A stretch of DNA of 64,000 nucleotides from Felis catus (lineage: Eukaryota), in the NCBI RefSeq assembly GCF_018350175.1, contig NC_058368.1:137518001-137582000 (forward strand). The letters run 5' to 3'. Below are positions 1 through 11,596 of this stretch, one piece after another. Each line of letters begins with the position of its first letter. Position 1 is the first letter of the stretch. Position numbers and translations under genes: made by a program. Under the pieces are notes generated by a model. The model searched no databases. It worked only from the letters and a program-made list of their open reading frames with translations, and was not told where the DNA came from.

Positions 1-20
1 TTTCCACTCTTCAAGCTTTG

Positions 21-236
21 TTTTTATTTTTTTTATTTTTTTATGTTTATTTGTTTTAAAAGAGAGAGAGTGAGAACAAGTAGGGGAGAGGCAGAGAGAG
101 AAGGAGAGAGAATCCCAAGCAGGCCCCAAGCTGTCAGCACAGAGCCCAACGTGGGGGGTCCATCTCACAAACCGTGAGATCATGACCTGAGCTGAAATCA
201 AGAGTTGGACACTTAACTGAGTCACCCAGGTGCCCC
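21..236 (-). mobile_element. CanSINE (tRNA-derived carnivore SINE)
   Basis: T-rich tail, (AG)n tract, gagatcatgacctgagc...cacccaggtgcccc head. Confidence 0.9.
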
Positions 237-749
237 CAAGGCTGATTTTTAAATTTTTTGAAATAGTATGTTGAAACTATTACTATTAATAAAAATTTAT
301 TTCACAAAAATGCTGAACTTGCATAAATTTAAGTATTATAAAACAGGGGTAAAATGACTGTTTAATAGAAGATATTTTTTAGTCTGATGTTTACTTTTGG
401 GGACATTTTAGCAGAACAGTGATTCATGCTTTTGCTAGTTTCTTTACTACCTAAATAGTTTAGTATCCCATGTACATGAAATCTATTATATGACATTTAA
501 GGCTAGTCTTAGCAGATCTGTCATTTTAGAGCTACTTAAAATGTTTTTCAACTGATTTCTATTTTATCTTCTTCCTCTTTCTGTAGTCTATCCCTCATAC
601 CAGTGCTAATTTTCTTTTAAGACCACTTTATAGGGGCATGTATGTATCACCTCTCATGAAAACTCTTCCCATTACCTGCAAACTAAAAGTTCAGATTCCT
701 TGACCTGCTTTACAGTTAGAGGATCACCACTTAGCTACGATGTAATTAA

Positions 750-990
750 TGCACTTATTTGTTCAGCAAATATTTGTTAAAGACCTATTATTTGCCAGTT
801 CACAGTGGTCTACGAGAGGGACAAGTTCCCAAGCTGACATTCTAGTAGTATTTACTATGTTGGTCCCCCATCCTCCCCATGAACACAACCAGGGATTCAG
901 CACCTGCCTTTTATTGTGCTTATTTTTTTCTTTAGTATCCTGCAAGCTCCTTGAAAACAGAAAGTACACAGTAGGTGTCTCCAGTTCTAC
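750..990. mobile_element. L2 3'-end relics
   Basis: ttatttgttcagcaaatatttg...ctattatttgccag and tgcaagctccttgaaaacag resemble the L2 3' end. Confidence 0.45.
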
Positions 991-1245
991 AGTATCATAT
1001 ATAAAGGGTTTTCAGTTAACTGTGATCATAATAATAGACTAGTGTCAGTTTTTGTCAATGTTAGGGTTATTTGGTTTTTAAAATTATTGATATTTTAATA
1101 ACACTATCAGATAACACTAGAACACATGTCAAGTCGATTAAAAAGATGTAATGTGATTTGATCTGATTGTTTTCCATCAGCTTTAAATTTTTTTTTTTTT
1201 TTTTTTTTTAACTAAGAGCTGTTCATCTGTTTTGTTTTGTTTTAG

Positions 1246-1290
1246 GCCTTATTGAATTTGAAGAATGTGACCCTGCTAGTGCAGTTGAAG
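1246..1290 (+). CDS. FCHO2: FCHO2 exon, 45 nt (G)LIEFEECDPASAVE(G), end of F-BAR extension
   Basis: ttttag|GCCTT acceptor; GAAG|gtaagt donor; phase 1/1. Confidence 0.93.
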
Positions 1291-1767
1291 GTAAGTTAAC
1301 TAGTTGTAATGTGTGGTAACTAGCTAATATCTTCTGTTTATTGAACAAATAAAGAGTGGCTATTATCCTTTGATGTCAGCATGTTTGTGGAGTGATATAA
1401 AAAATCTGAATGTAGTTTGAAGGCCTATAGATTTTTAATCTTTACTTAATAAGTAAACAGTAGGTTTGCCCAAAGGAATATTAGTGTGTTAGAATATATA
1501 TCTTAAAAGATTAAATATAACATGTATTTATTTTCAAATACACATCGAGATTGTTTTCTTTATTGACATCCATCTTTAAACATTCTCATGTCATAAATAT
1601 GAAAATCATTGCTACACGTTAATGTATAAGATTTATTTTAAAGTGAGAAACATTTCAGTAATTAATGAAGATTATATATTGATGTTAATATTCCCCTCAT
1701 TCAGGAGGAGTGATGATGTGACTTGGAGAAAGGGTCTACAACCCTTCATGTTTGTTTATTTAAATAC

Positions 1768-1865
1768 TCTATTTTTAAGTAATCTCTGCACCCAATGTGG
1801 GACTCAAATTCACAACCCCAAGAGATAGATTCACATGTTCCACAGACTGAACCAGCCAGGCACCT
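1768..1865 (-). mobile_element. Short, older CanSINE
   Basis: aagtaatctctgcacccaatgtgggactcaaattcacaacc...gactgaaccagccaggcacc. Confidence 0.8.
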
Positions 1866-2009
1866 ACCTTCCTGTTTAAGTACTTTGTGAGCTACTAGAA
1901 ATAATTTGGGAAGCAATCTTTTCTATTTATTTTTCTCTCAACATTTATGTGAGAATTCAGAGAAAAGGTTTACTGTTGTGTGTAAAGCTATCATTGGAGG
2001 AGTCAGGCT

Positions 2010-2330
2010 CTCGTGCCTAGATTTCTTACAGTTACTAGCTGTTTGAGAGCAGTAACTATGCAAGTTCTCTGTTCTTTAGCTTTCTTTATTGTAAAATGTG
2101 GATAGTAAGTAATACTCTGTGAGAAAAAAATGTATTTGATATAACATGCTGTACAAATGTATGGTTTAGTTTTGCATGGAAGCAAGTACCTTGTTCTGAA
2201 ACAGCTGGTTTCTAATCCTGGCTATAGTATTTAGTAGCTGGATAATACTGAGATAAAAAAACAAAACCAAAAAATACCCTTGAGTTTCCTCATCTATATG
2301 GTGAGAGGTTATCTTAGGTATGCTCTATAG
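2010..2330 (+). mobile_element. MIR fragments
   Basis: gtttctaatcctggctatagtatttagtagctg...gagtttcctcatctatatggtgag resembles the MIR core. Confidence 0.5.
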
Positions 2331-2964
2331 TTGTCCGAGTAAGCAGCTAAGCTTTGTGCTGAATTCCAGCAACAATTAATAGTATGGCTGATTTCTAAGA
2401 AATAATTTGTCATGAAGGAAGAGGAGGAAGAACTGCCATATTAGGCAGAATAAAAATGATACTCATTTATGGTACAATCAACTTACAACATTCATTATAT
2501 TAAAGATAATATGTGTGCAAAAGAATGCCATAAGTTTTCTGTGTTTACCGTTAATGGATCTGTTGTGTCATCTTTTTATTTAAAACACCGCATTCGTATT
2601 TTTTGATCTTCCAGACAGGAAACATGATTTGACTTGGATTTATAACAAAATCTAATATAGTGAATAATGTCCCTTCTTTGAAGTTTTAAGATTCTCCAAA
2701 TGTTTATGTTGTCTGAGGTAATTTAGGGGAGACTTAGAGGAAAAGAGAATTTTATTAATCAAGTGATAAATCTTTATTAAGTTAACATAAGAAAAATCTA
2801 AACAGACTATGACTATGACTTAAACAGTAGAGTTTACCAATTGATACTTTTATTTCTTTCATCCAGATTTAGTATTGACATAAGCAAATTATGTGTCAGG
2901 ATACAAGTGTAATATATTTATCAGCAGCAGTTATGTTTCTGTGACAATATACATTTATTTTAAG

Positions 2965-3037
2965 GTATAAAACCACGGAAAAGAAAGACTTTTGGTTTGC
3001 CAGGAATAATTAAAAAGGAAAAGGATGCAGAGTCTGT
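2965..3037 (+). CDS. FCHO2: FCHO2 exon, 73 nt (G)IKPRKRKTFGLPGIIKKEKDAES(V)
   Basis: ttttaag|GTATA acceptor; TCTGT|gtaagt donor; phase 1/2. Confidence 0.93.
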
Positions 3038-3619
3038 GTAAGTATATTAAATATTGTCACAATTCTTTGTTATTAAGTAACTAAGAATAAGACTTGTTTT
3101 GAATGTGAGAAGAAAAATTTCTTCAGAAATAACTCAATGTATGTATGTCTGAGGTGTAAAAAATACACTTTTCTGAATACATTTGCTAGCTCCTCTGGGT
3201 TAAGTTAAAAGTATTAGATTTCTTACTGTTTTAAAATATTAAGATAAAGGCTTCTATGTTTTGAAATTTAAACTTTAAAGACATTCTTTTTACAAAATGA
3301 TACATGCATATTTAAAAAAAAGTGCAAAGGAAACTAAAAATTCTTCTAAATCTTAATGCCTAAGAAAAAACCCATGGTCAACAATTTGATGAAAATCCTT
3401 CTAGACAACTCTAAACATATAGGCTCATAGCGATATATGCACACGTAAACAGAAAATGGGGAAGAACAAAAGCCCTAACATGTTTTAAACATTTATGCTA
3501 GGTCATCAGCTTTTGATAGAGGATGGAATATAAATCTGATTTACCTTTAAAAAAAATTAAGTTAGGATACAAAGAATATAAATTAGCATATAGTAAATTC
3601 AACAGATATTGGGTAAGTG

Positions 3620-3815
3620 AAATTTTCTGTCTTGGCTACACATTAGAACTACGTGGAAAATTAACATAAATATATCTATGCCAGGCCCCACCTCAGACCA
3701 ATTATTACAGATTTGCAGGGTGTGAGACACAGCATAATTTTTGTTTTGTTTAGTTTGGTTTGCTTTTAAGCAGCCTCTGTCATTCCTAATATACACCTGG
3801 GGTTGAGAAGCTCTT
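3620..3815. mobile_element. MER5A-like hAT MITE
   Basis: cttggctacacattagaa...tgccaggccccacctcaga...cctggggttgagaag. Confidence 0.65.
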
Positions 3816-5568
3816 AAGAGGTATGATTTACCAGACACAAACTGGAATTAAAGGAATCTTTGTTTCTGTAATTATTCAACCTATATAGATTGACAAGACG
3901 CTAATCAAGTCTTAAATGATTTGTTAAGCCAGTAACACTGGCTTGAAATTTATTTAAAATCCCTGCTTCTCCAGCGTAATTAGCAGAGCTTTCATCGCCA
4001 CTCATATTTTCAGTGTAAGAGAACGATTTGTGCTTTGGGTGTTCTTACCTCCTATCTAGTTAAATTCATTTTATCTGAGTTTCTGCCATTCTAAATGTCT
4101 GTTTCTAACCCCCTCCCAAGTTTAGTTTCACTTGGTTAACAAATTAAGACTGATTGGGAAGTGATTTATATCTGTGGTTACCATCTCATCTGCAGATGTC
4201 TTTTCAGCTTTATGAAGGGAGTATTTTGCTAAGGAGATGGAATCAAAACTATTTTTGTAACATTGGAAATACTTAAGGAAGTCTAAACAGTTGATTCGTA
4301 CATGAAATTAGAAATGTAGCCACTTTGTTAGTATATTATAGACAGAAAGGCCTTAAATTCAATTATTTTTATAATATGTGGTTTTCACAGCTGATAATTC
4401 AGGGAGCTTATAATATTTTTGTGTATTCTGTGTTTTTAGAATTGTTTTGCATGATCAGTAATTTCCCAGTACCATCGTTAGGCCACTTGGATATTGGAAT
4501 ATTTTTCACCACTGAGAATACTAGGGCAGAAAATCAGTGCTTTAAACAACTGCATCATGATTGTCTTCTTTCAACACTTCCAGGCAGGAGAAATATTAGA
4601 AACCTCTTTGTTTGAAATGCCCAAGGCTCTTGGCATGCTGCTTCTTAAACAGCCTGAAGGCTTTTGAAATGCCAGTGATTGTGGAAGAGGGGTCCTGCTC
4701 AGAGCTTGCTCTTCCTGGGGCTTCATCTGCAGGTCTCATTACAGCCCACTGTGAAAGCAAACAGATGAGTGCTTTCCCACAAAGACTGGACAGTTCTGGC
4801 TTAAAGCCAGAGAATAAACTGTTTGGAACTTTGACACTTTGATATTTAAACTTTATCTTTAAAAAAAGAAGAAAGTAGAAGTGCTCTAACATTTTAAATG
4901 ATTCTGTAGAGGAATTGAATTCATTATTGTCTTTTCTGGAACATTTCCTCAGAGTATGCAGTAGGATTTTTGATAAATACCCCTCATATATCAGTAATAA
5001 GGGAGCTCTTTTTTCAAAATTGGCAATCTTAGGTGACATTTAAATGGCTATAAAGACACAAGAGGTTTGCATTTACCTGCTTTGGTGCTGGAGTTTGGAT
5101 TAAGAGCAGTGTGGTCATCTCCCTCTTTTTCCGTTATTTCAGTCTGTTCCATTTTGTCTTCCCCTAACAGAATTCTTCACTCTGTAGATTTTTCTGATTT
5201 GTGCTTAGTCTTTGGGTAGATAGAGATGACCTGCATATCCTGTTTATTAATTTAGTACTTTTTATTGTCCATTGGGCTCTCAAGGTATACCTAATGTGTA
5301 TGTTTTTAGTCTGTTATTAAAGTGGCAGATTCTGATACTGCGTGCATTAACTGTCTAAAGTCAAAGAATTACGCAACTAATCTAGATATGTTTTCAGTAT
5401 GCACTCTGATTTTTGTGAATTTGATCTAGAATATGTACACAGAAATTCTTCTAACCGTATTCTTCATGGCCTCAATGTCTTTAATTTTATATGTTTAAGT
5501 CTTTATTTGATTATTTGAGAAGGTTGATCTTCTTTATGTTTTGGTTTTGCATATAAAATACTTTTTTT

Positions 5569-5690
5569 GGGGGGGGCATTCACTTTCGAATGCCCCTCTC
5601 TGTAAAGAGAGCTTTCTTACTATTCTTACTTTCTAATTTTATACTCTGATAAAGTTCTTGCTTCCCGTTCACTTAAAAAAATAAATAAAA
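5569..5690 (+). mobile_element. ~105-nt polyadenylated retrocopy of a hairpin RNA (LTR R-region-like)
   Basis: 5' G-run, 9-bp perfect stem, GATAAA at 5648, A-tail from 5675, imperfect TSD TAAAATACTTTTTTTG / TAAAATATATTTTTG. Confidence 0.6.
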
Positions 5691-6354
5691 TATATTTTTG
5701 CTAGTTTACGTCCAAATTAATATTTATCAGTTAAATAAGTGATAAAATTAACAATTTTCAACAACTTAGTAGACTAGAAAGCTTTTTCAAGTGGAAGTCT
5801 GGCTACTCATTTAACATATATGGAGAAAAATAGCTTTTTTGGCTTTTGTTTATATGCTAGCTATGGAATGTACTTCAAATGAAACTGAAGTTTTAACAAA
5901 AGTATATTGTAAAATGTTATTTACTAGTATTTACCAATTAATACAAGTACAGACTTAAAAAAAAAAAGTCGAGCTTTCCTCTTAGAAATTTTTTTAGCTT
6001 TCTCTGCCTAAAGAATTAAAAGCCACTAAGAAATCCTTGTAGGACTGATAGCTTCCTTTATAAGATTTGTGTGTGTGTTAATGGAAAAGAAGTACTTGTG
6101 AAGTACAAGTTTTTAAAATAATTGTAAGCTGTGTGAGTTTCATTTTGTCATGTATTATGGATATAGGAATGCTTTCTTTTGAATTTTAAAATCATTTAGT
6201 ATATTTTAATCTTCATGATTTGATTTTTTCTAAATATTTTTGTTAAGTTTAAATAAAGTTACATTTAAATACCAAGATGATCACTTTCAGTATACAGTTA
6301 TTATTGGATAGTTGTAATAATTGAGTATTTATAATATTTTGTTTATTTTAATAG

Positions 6355-6379
6355 GGAATGCCCTGATGCAGATTCACTT
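6355..6379 (+). CDS. FCHO2: FCHO2 exon, 25 nt (V)ECPDADSL
   Basis: aatag|GGAATG acceptor; CTT|gtaagt donor; phase 2/0 links the flanking exons in frame. Confidence 0.9.
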
Positions 6380-6712
6380 GTAAGTAGATTTTACTTTGAT
6401 ATAAACCATGTAAATTAGCTATTTTGATTAGGAAATACCCAGCATATTTGGGTTGAGTTGTTCACAAATCTTTCTAAGAAAAATACTAACCAGTTTATTG
6501 TAAATTCACTATTAAAGTCACAGATAAAATTTTGGCCTTATATTACTAGATGCTTTTATATTAAATAAAAGGTAGTTCTACCTACCTTTGAAAAGTGGAC
6601 ATTTTAGTTTAAAAATTTGAATGGTACCATACCATATTGCTTTTTCTTGAGAAATATGCCAGATCTCAAATCTGCATACTTTAAAACGCGATGCTCTTAA
6701 TTGTGTATTCCT

Positions 6713-6915
6713 GGGGCACCTGGCTAGCTCAGTTGGTTAAGTGTCTGACTTTGGCTCAGGTCATGATCTCATGGTTCTTGAGTTCGAGCCCCACATGGGG
6801 CTCTCTGCTGTCAGTGCAGAGCCTGCTTTAGTTGCTCTCTCTCCCTCACCCTCTCTCTATCCATTCTCCTCTTGCTCATGCTCTCTCAAAAATAAGTAAG
6901 CATTAAAAATAAAAA
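6713..6915 (+). mobile_element. CanSINE
   Basis: ggggcacctggctagctcagttggttaag head, CT tract, A tail; TSD-like tgtgtattcctg / tgtgttcctg. Confidence 0.9.
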
Positions 6916-7804
6916 TGTGTTCCTGATTATTAAAATTTTATTAAAGTATTTGAGTTTTGTTTAGAGGTTATCATTTTAGAAAACATAGCAGTAATAATCA
7001 TGGTTAGTACTTCTCTGTGCTTTTTGTTCTGAAGAAAGTTTGTTTATATTTCGTATTTAAATATATTTCTTTATATGTAATTAAAGAAGACATTAAATGG
7101 AGCTCCTTGTGGTTACACTGGGAGAGTAGATTTACGAAATGGTATAAGTATTGTATAGACAGACACACTTTTCAAGTTGTTCATTAGACAGTGGTCATGT
7201 TGCTAAGTGCAGTAGGATCAAGCTGCCTGTCTCCTTTGCTTATTGTTCTTGCTTCCATAATTACTCTTTTTTTTGGCCCAAAAACCTTTTGATCTTTTAC
7301 AGCATAATGGTGTATATACCAAGATAAAGATATTTTGTGAAACATTGTGTTTTATGTAACTTAACTAAAATAAAATTAGTATTTTTGCTGTCTATTTCAA
7401 CTTTAAAATAAGAAGATTATGATTTGTTGATAAATGTAGAGTGAAAAGAAAGAAATAGATTTCTAGTGTCATCCAGGGTTAAAAATCTCAGCTAATTGAT
7501 ACTGTTCTGTAATGATCAGTGTTAACCAATTTTGAACTGTTGTCAGTACTTGTCTGGAATTAGAAAAGCACTTATAAAAAGGATGCGTAAGTCTAATGTC
7601 ATATAAGAAGTGATTCATAAATTTGTGTTGAAAGAAAACAAAACAGTATGTTTTGTAATTTTAATTACCAAAAAAATTTTAGAAGAATATGAACCAGTAA
7701 AGATAAATTGGCAGAGTATGTTTGTAAGACATATAACAAGGGGCTAATTAATTTCCTTTGTAAAATTTCTATACAGATCATTTTTTTTAATGTTAACCGA
7801 TTTT

Positions 7805-9130
7805 ATTTCAGATTCCACACTGCAATGAATTTCAATAAACCATCACTTCTTATGCTGTGATTTAGTACCAAAAATATATATCCAAATTACAGTAAAGCCT
7901 TGGACTGTGAGTAACTTGTTCTGCAAGTGTTCTGCAAGACAAGCAAAGATTTCTAATAAATTTTAACTTGATAAACAAGCAATGTCTTGCAATAGGAGTA
8001 GTACATGATGCTGAATGTCACATGATCACAACTGAGCCAGTGGTTCTTCTCTTCTTCTTCTCTCTCTGTCTCTGTCTCTATCTCTCTCACTACAGGCTTG
8101 TGGGTGATCATCTCCCATTCTCAGATGCTTGGTCTCAGGCTGTGGTGTTTGGCACAAATCAGTGATTTTTCAGAACGTTGGAAGGTGCTCACAACTGGCC
8201 CTAGTGTATTTTTTGTCACTTCAAGACACCAACGGACAGTCCTTTGCTTTTCCATACAAGAATAAGCTTAGGGATGCTTTGCTTCACTCTAGATTAGGCT
8301 GCCTGCAGATACAGATCCTCCCCTCCGCTGTCTTATTGTCAGTTACATTAAGTACAGTATATGACAAGAGTTTATTAATATGCACTGTAGTCAGCATCCC
8401 TGTGAGCATATATAATGGCCCCCATGCAGAAAAAGATTCCATTGAACCGATAGATAACAGTGATTCCGTTAGTGATATTATTGAAAGTCATCCTACACAA
8501 TCACCCTCCTCTCTCTTGTCTCCCTCAAACCAGCCATGAAGGTTTTTAAAGGTAAATACAGATTAATTTGTTTCTTTTTCTTTATATTTTGCATTTTATT
8601 TATTATATTATATTACAATCATTTTTATATGAATATTTTTGGGTTGTGGAATGAATCATCTGAGTTTCCATTATTTCTTATGGGGAAATTTGCTTTGATA
8701 TACAGGTGCTTTGGATTACAAACGTGTTTCTGGAATGAATTATGCTCACAAACCAAGGTTTTACTGTATCTGCAGAAATTTTAAACTACTTTTTTTTTTC
8801 AGTTTAATAAGTGAGATGAGTTATAAAGTCATGTTTTCTTTATATGTTTCCACCAAAACAAAATATCTCACAGATTGAAAGCAGAAATATGTGAGAATCA
8901 TGTCCTCTTCTAAACGCGACACTAAAAAGATTTTCAAAAATGTTAAACAATGCTACTCTTCCCATTTTTTTATTTTAAAAATAAATTTATTTTTCACACA
9001 TATTTATGTTTAACACAATACTTTTATCACTATTTTTAAATTAATAAATATTTTAATTTTACTTTCAATTTCATAATATATACTCATGGAATTTTCAATA
9101 AGTGTTCATGGATTCTGAAACTAAGGTGAT
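7805..9130 (+). mobile_element. Charlie1-type hAT transposon 3' fragment, split by a Tc1/mariner insertion
   Basis: cagattccacactgcaa...atatccaaat[TA]tctg...caccaaaacaaaatatc...cagattgaaagcagaaatatgtgagaatc resembles the Charlie1 transposase C-terminal region. Confidence 0.7.
7890..8766. mobile_element. Non-autonomous Tc1/mariner (pogo/Tigger-like) DNA transposon, 877 bp
   Basis: TIRs CAGTAAAGCCTTGGACTGTGAG / CTCACAAACCAAGGTTTTACTG; TA at 7888-7889 and 8767-8768. Confidence 0.85.
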
Positions 9131-9639
9131 TATATACTACTGAGCTCGGTCATCATCTCTAAGAATAAGGAGTCTACACCTTGCTGAATTCTTACATACC
9201 GTTCTCAAAAGGATGAACAAGTATAACAAGCACACCAATCCATGTATCTTGAATATTTTTAATTTCATCAATAAGGAACCAGTTTAACATTTACTGTGGT
9301 AATTAGAAAATATCTAACTCACAAATTAAAACCATTCATGACATTCACTATTTGATTAGAAAAGCCTCATGTGCTGAGGAAGAGGGAGACGTAAGCATGT
9401 ATATAGTAACATTAGAATTCCAGCTGAGGACACCTGGAGTTTGAATTCCCTATTAGAATTCAGAATTCAGCAACAGAGCTTTAACTTCATCATAGTAAGA
9501 ATCATGTAATACTGTACCATCAATTCTTATACGGATCAGTTTTAAAGGTGAGCAAGCATCTCAGTAGGAAAGGGGCATTATGATAAAAACAGGCTGTTTC
9601 CATAAAAAGAAATAAAAGTGGTAAATAACCATAAGAAAT

Positions 9640-10530
9640 GTTGCTCAGAATGGTAGTCTCATTCTGATGCAAATTAAAATAAAATTATTTATCTATCATA
9701 TTGGCAAAAGTTTTGGTTTACTTGTATTAACAGGAATGTAAATTGGTACAGTCTGTCTTGCGGATAGTTTGGCACTATCTTCTCAAATAAGAAATGCATG
9801 TTCTTTTTGACTCCCCATTCCTACTGCTTGCCACTTACTGTTAGGGTTTTATATGTACTTGGTCAAGATGTATGCATATAGTAGCCCTCCCCACCATCTG
9901 CTGTTTCGCTTTCCATGATTTAAGTTACTTACGGTTGATTGTGGTTCAGAAGCAGATGATCCTCTTTCTGATATATCATTAGAAGGTCATTAGTAGCCTG
10001 ACACTACGTCACAGTGCTTACATCATTCACCTCATGTCATCTTATCATATAGGTATTTTATTATGTCACATCATCACAAGAAGACGGTTGAGTACAGTAA
10101 AGTAAGATATTTAGAGAGAGAGAGAGCGAGAGAGCACATCCACGTAACTTATAGTATGTTGTAATTCTTGTTATTATTGTTGTTAATGTTATGGTGTCTA
10201 AAAAAATCTCTTATTGTATCTAATTTATAAATTAAACTTTATCATAGGTATGTATGTATAGGGAAAAACCTAGTATACATAGGGTTCATTACTGTCCTTG
10301 GTTTCAGGCATCCACTGGGGTGTAGGAATGTATCCTCCATGGATAAGGGGGACTACTGTATGTAGAGGGGGAGGGAGAGAGAAGTAGAGACATGTTTATT
10401 CCAACATTGTTTATATTAACAAAAAACTGGAAACATCCATCAAAATGGAGATTGGTTAAATAAATTATTAAACATTCACTCTAATAATCACACGTTACAG
10501 AATTAGGTTGTAGTGCCTGCTGATATGGAA
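9640..10530 (+). mobile_element. Ancient L1M 3' fragment, interrupted by MER44
   Basis: ggaatgtaaattggtacag...gtttggcactatc; continues as catgtttattccaacattgtttata...aaaactggaaac. Confidence 0.55.
9879..10358. mobile_element. MER44-type (Tigger7-derived) DNA transposon
   Basis: Ends TA|tagtagccctcccc... and ...ggataagggggactactg|TA; internal (AG)n. Confidence 0.85.
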
Positions 10531-10653
10531 AGAGAAGCAGCAAGTATGATTTTTAAGTAACTGCTGTTTTAAAAATATAAATGAGCAGATATCTTTGGGT
10601 GTTTTTTGTTTCGTTTTTTAAAGAATGTATTACTGGACACTTAATTGTGGTTA

Positions 10654-11006
10654 TGTTGTGCCCAGAATTCGTGATCCCCAAAGACCACCAGGGAGCCGAG
10701 TCCTATGCAAAAGCAAAAGAGCCTTTATTCGAGCTAGCTCGAGCCCAGTCCCCTACCTGCACCGACGCAGTGGTGAGATACCAGGGAGAGACAGAGAGTT
10801 TCAAAAGCACAAAGGTTTTATAGGGGTCTAGGGGCAGCCGATTGGCCGGGGAAGGGGCGTGGCCTCGGCCGATTGGCTGGGGAAGGGGCGTGTTTTGATC
10901 AGGAAGCTTGAATGGGTGAGTGGGAGGTCACTCAAAGGGAGGAGGCGTGGTCTAGGTGAAGGACACAGAACAAGATGGAGCCGGCCGGCGTAGGCCCGCC
11001 CTTTCA
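10654..11006 (-). mobile_element. Solo LTR of a gammaretrovirus-like (ERV1) element, 353 bp, antisense to FCHO2
   Basis: Minus strand TGAAAG...CAACA; 4-bp TSD GTTA (10650-10653, 11007-11010); TATAAAA (plus 10816-10822); AATAAA (plus 10724-10729); duplicated CCAAT/GC boxes. Confidence 0.92.
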
Positions 11007-11151
11007 GTTACTTTTGGAGAGCAGCATTACAGTGGTGGTCAGCAGGGAGAAGAGGCTTTCTTTTGTTGTTTTATTTATAGCCTATTATTATTTATTTATG
11101 GCCTATTTATGACTTTTTTATGGCTAGTCTTTTTTTATTGTTGTGTTTTGT

Positions 11152-11245
11152 TTTTTAAGTAGGCTCTATGCCCATCATGGGCCTTGAACTCATGACCCTG
11201 AGATCGAAAGTTGCATGCCCTACTGACTGAGCCAGCCAGGTGCCC
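11152..11245 (-). mobile_element. Short, older CanSINE
   Basis: aagtaggctctatgccc...gactgagccagccaggtgccc. Confidence 0.8.
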
Positions 11246-11377
11246 TATGGTACTCTTAATGATTTCTTTAAAAAGCATCCATGGTCTAGACGTCTTGGTA
11301 GGGAAATTACCATTTAATTTCTGTTCCGTTTCTAAATGGTCTGTGTAATTAAATTATTTTGAGGGACTACATCTTTA

Positions 11378-11596
11378 GTTTTTCTTTTTTTTAACCTTTT
11401 TTAACGTTTCTTTATTTTGAGAGAGAGAGAGAGTGAGCGTGTGGGGGCAGGGGCAGAGAGATAGGAGAGAAAGAATCCCAAGCAGGCTCCAGACTGCCAG
11501 CTGGGAGCTAGAATGTGTGGCTCCAACCCATGAGATCATGACCTGAGCAGAAATCAAGAGTTGGATGCTTAGCTGACTGAGCCACCCAGGTGCCCC
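11378..11596 (-). mobile_element. CanSINE
   Basis: T tail, (AG)n, gactgagccacccaggtgcccc. Confidence 0.9.

Noticed and set aside
4596..5039. 147-aa minus-strand ORF as an antisense protein
   Set aside because: No recognisable domain or supporting exon structure; consistent with chance
6713..6800. tRNA genes at SINE heads throughout the window
   Set aside because: The tRNA-like A/B boxes continue into CanSINE bodies with CT tracts and A tails
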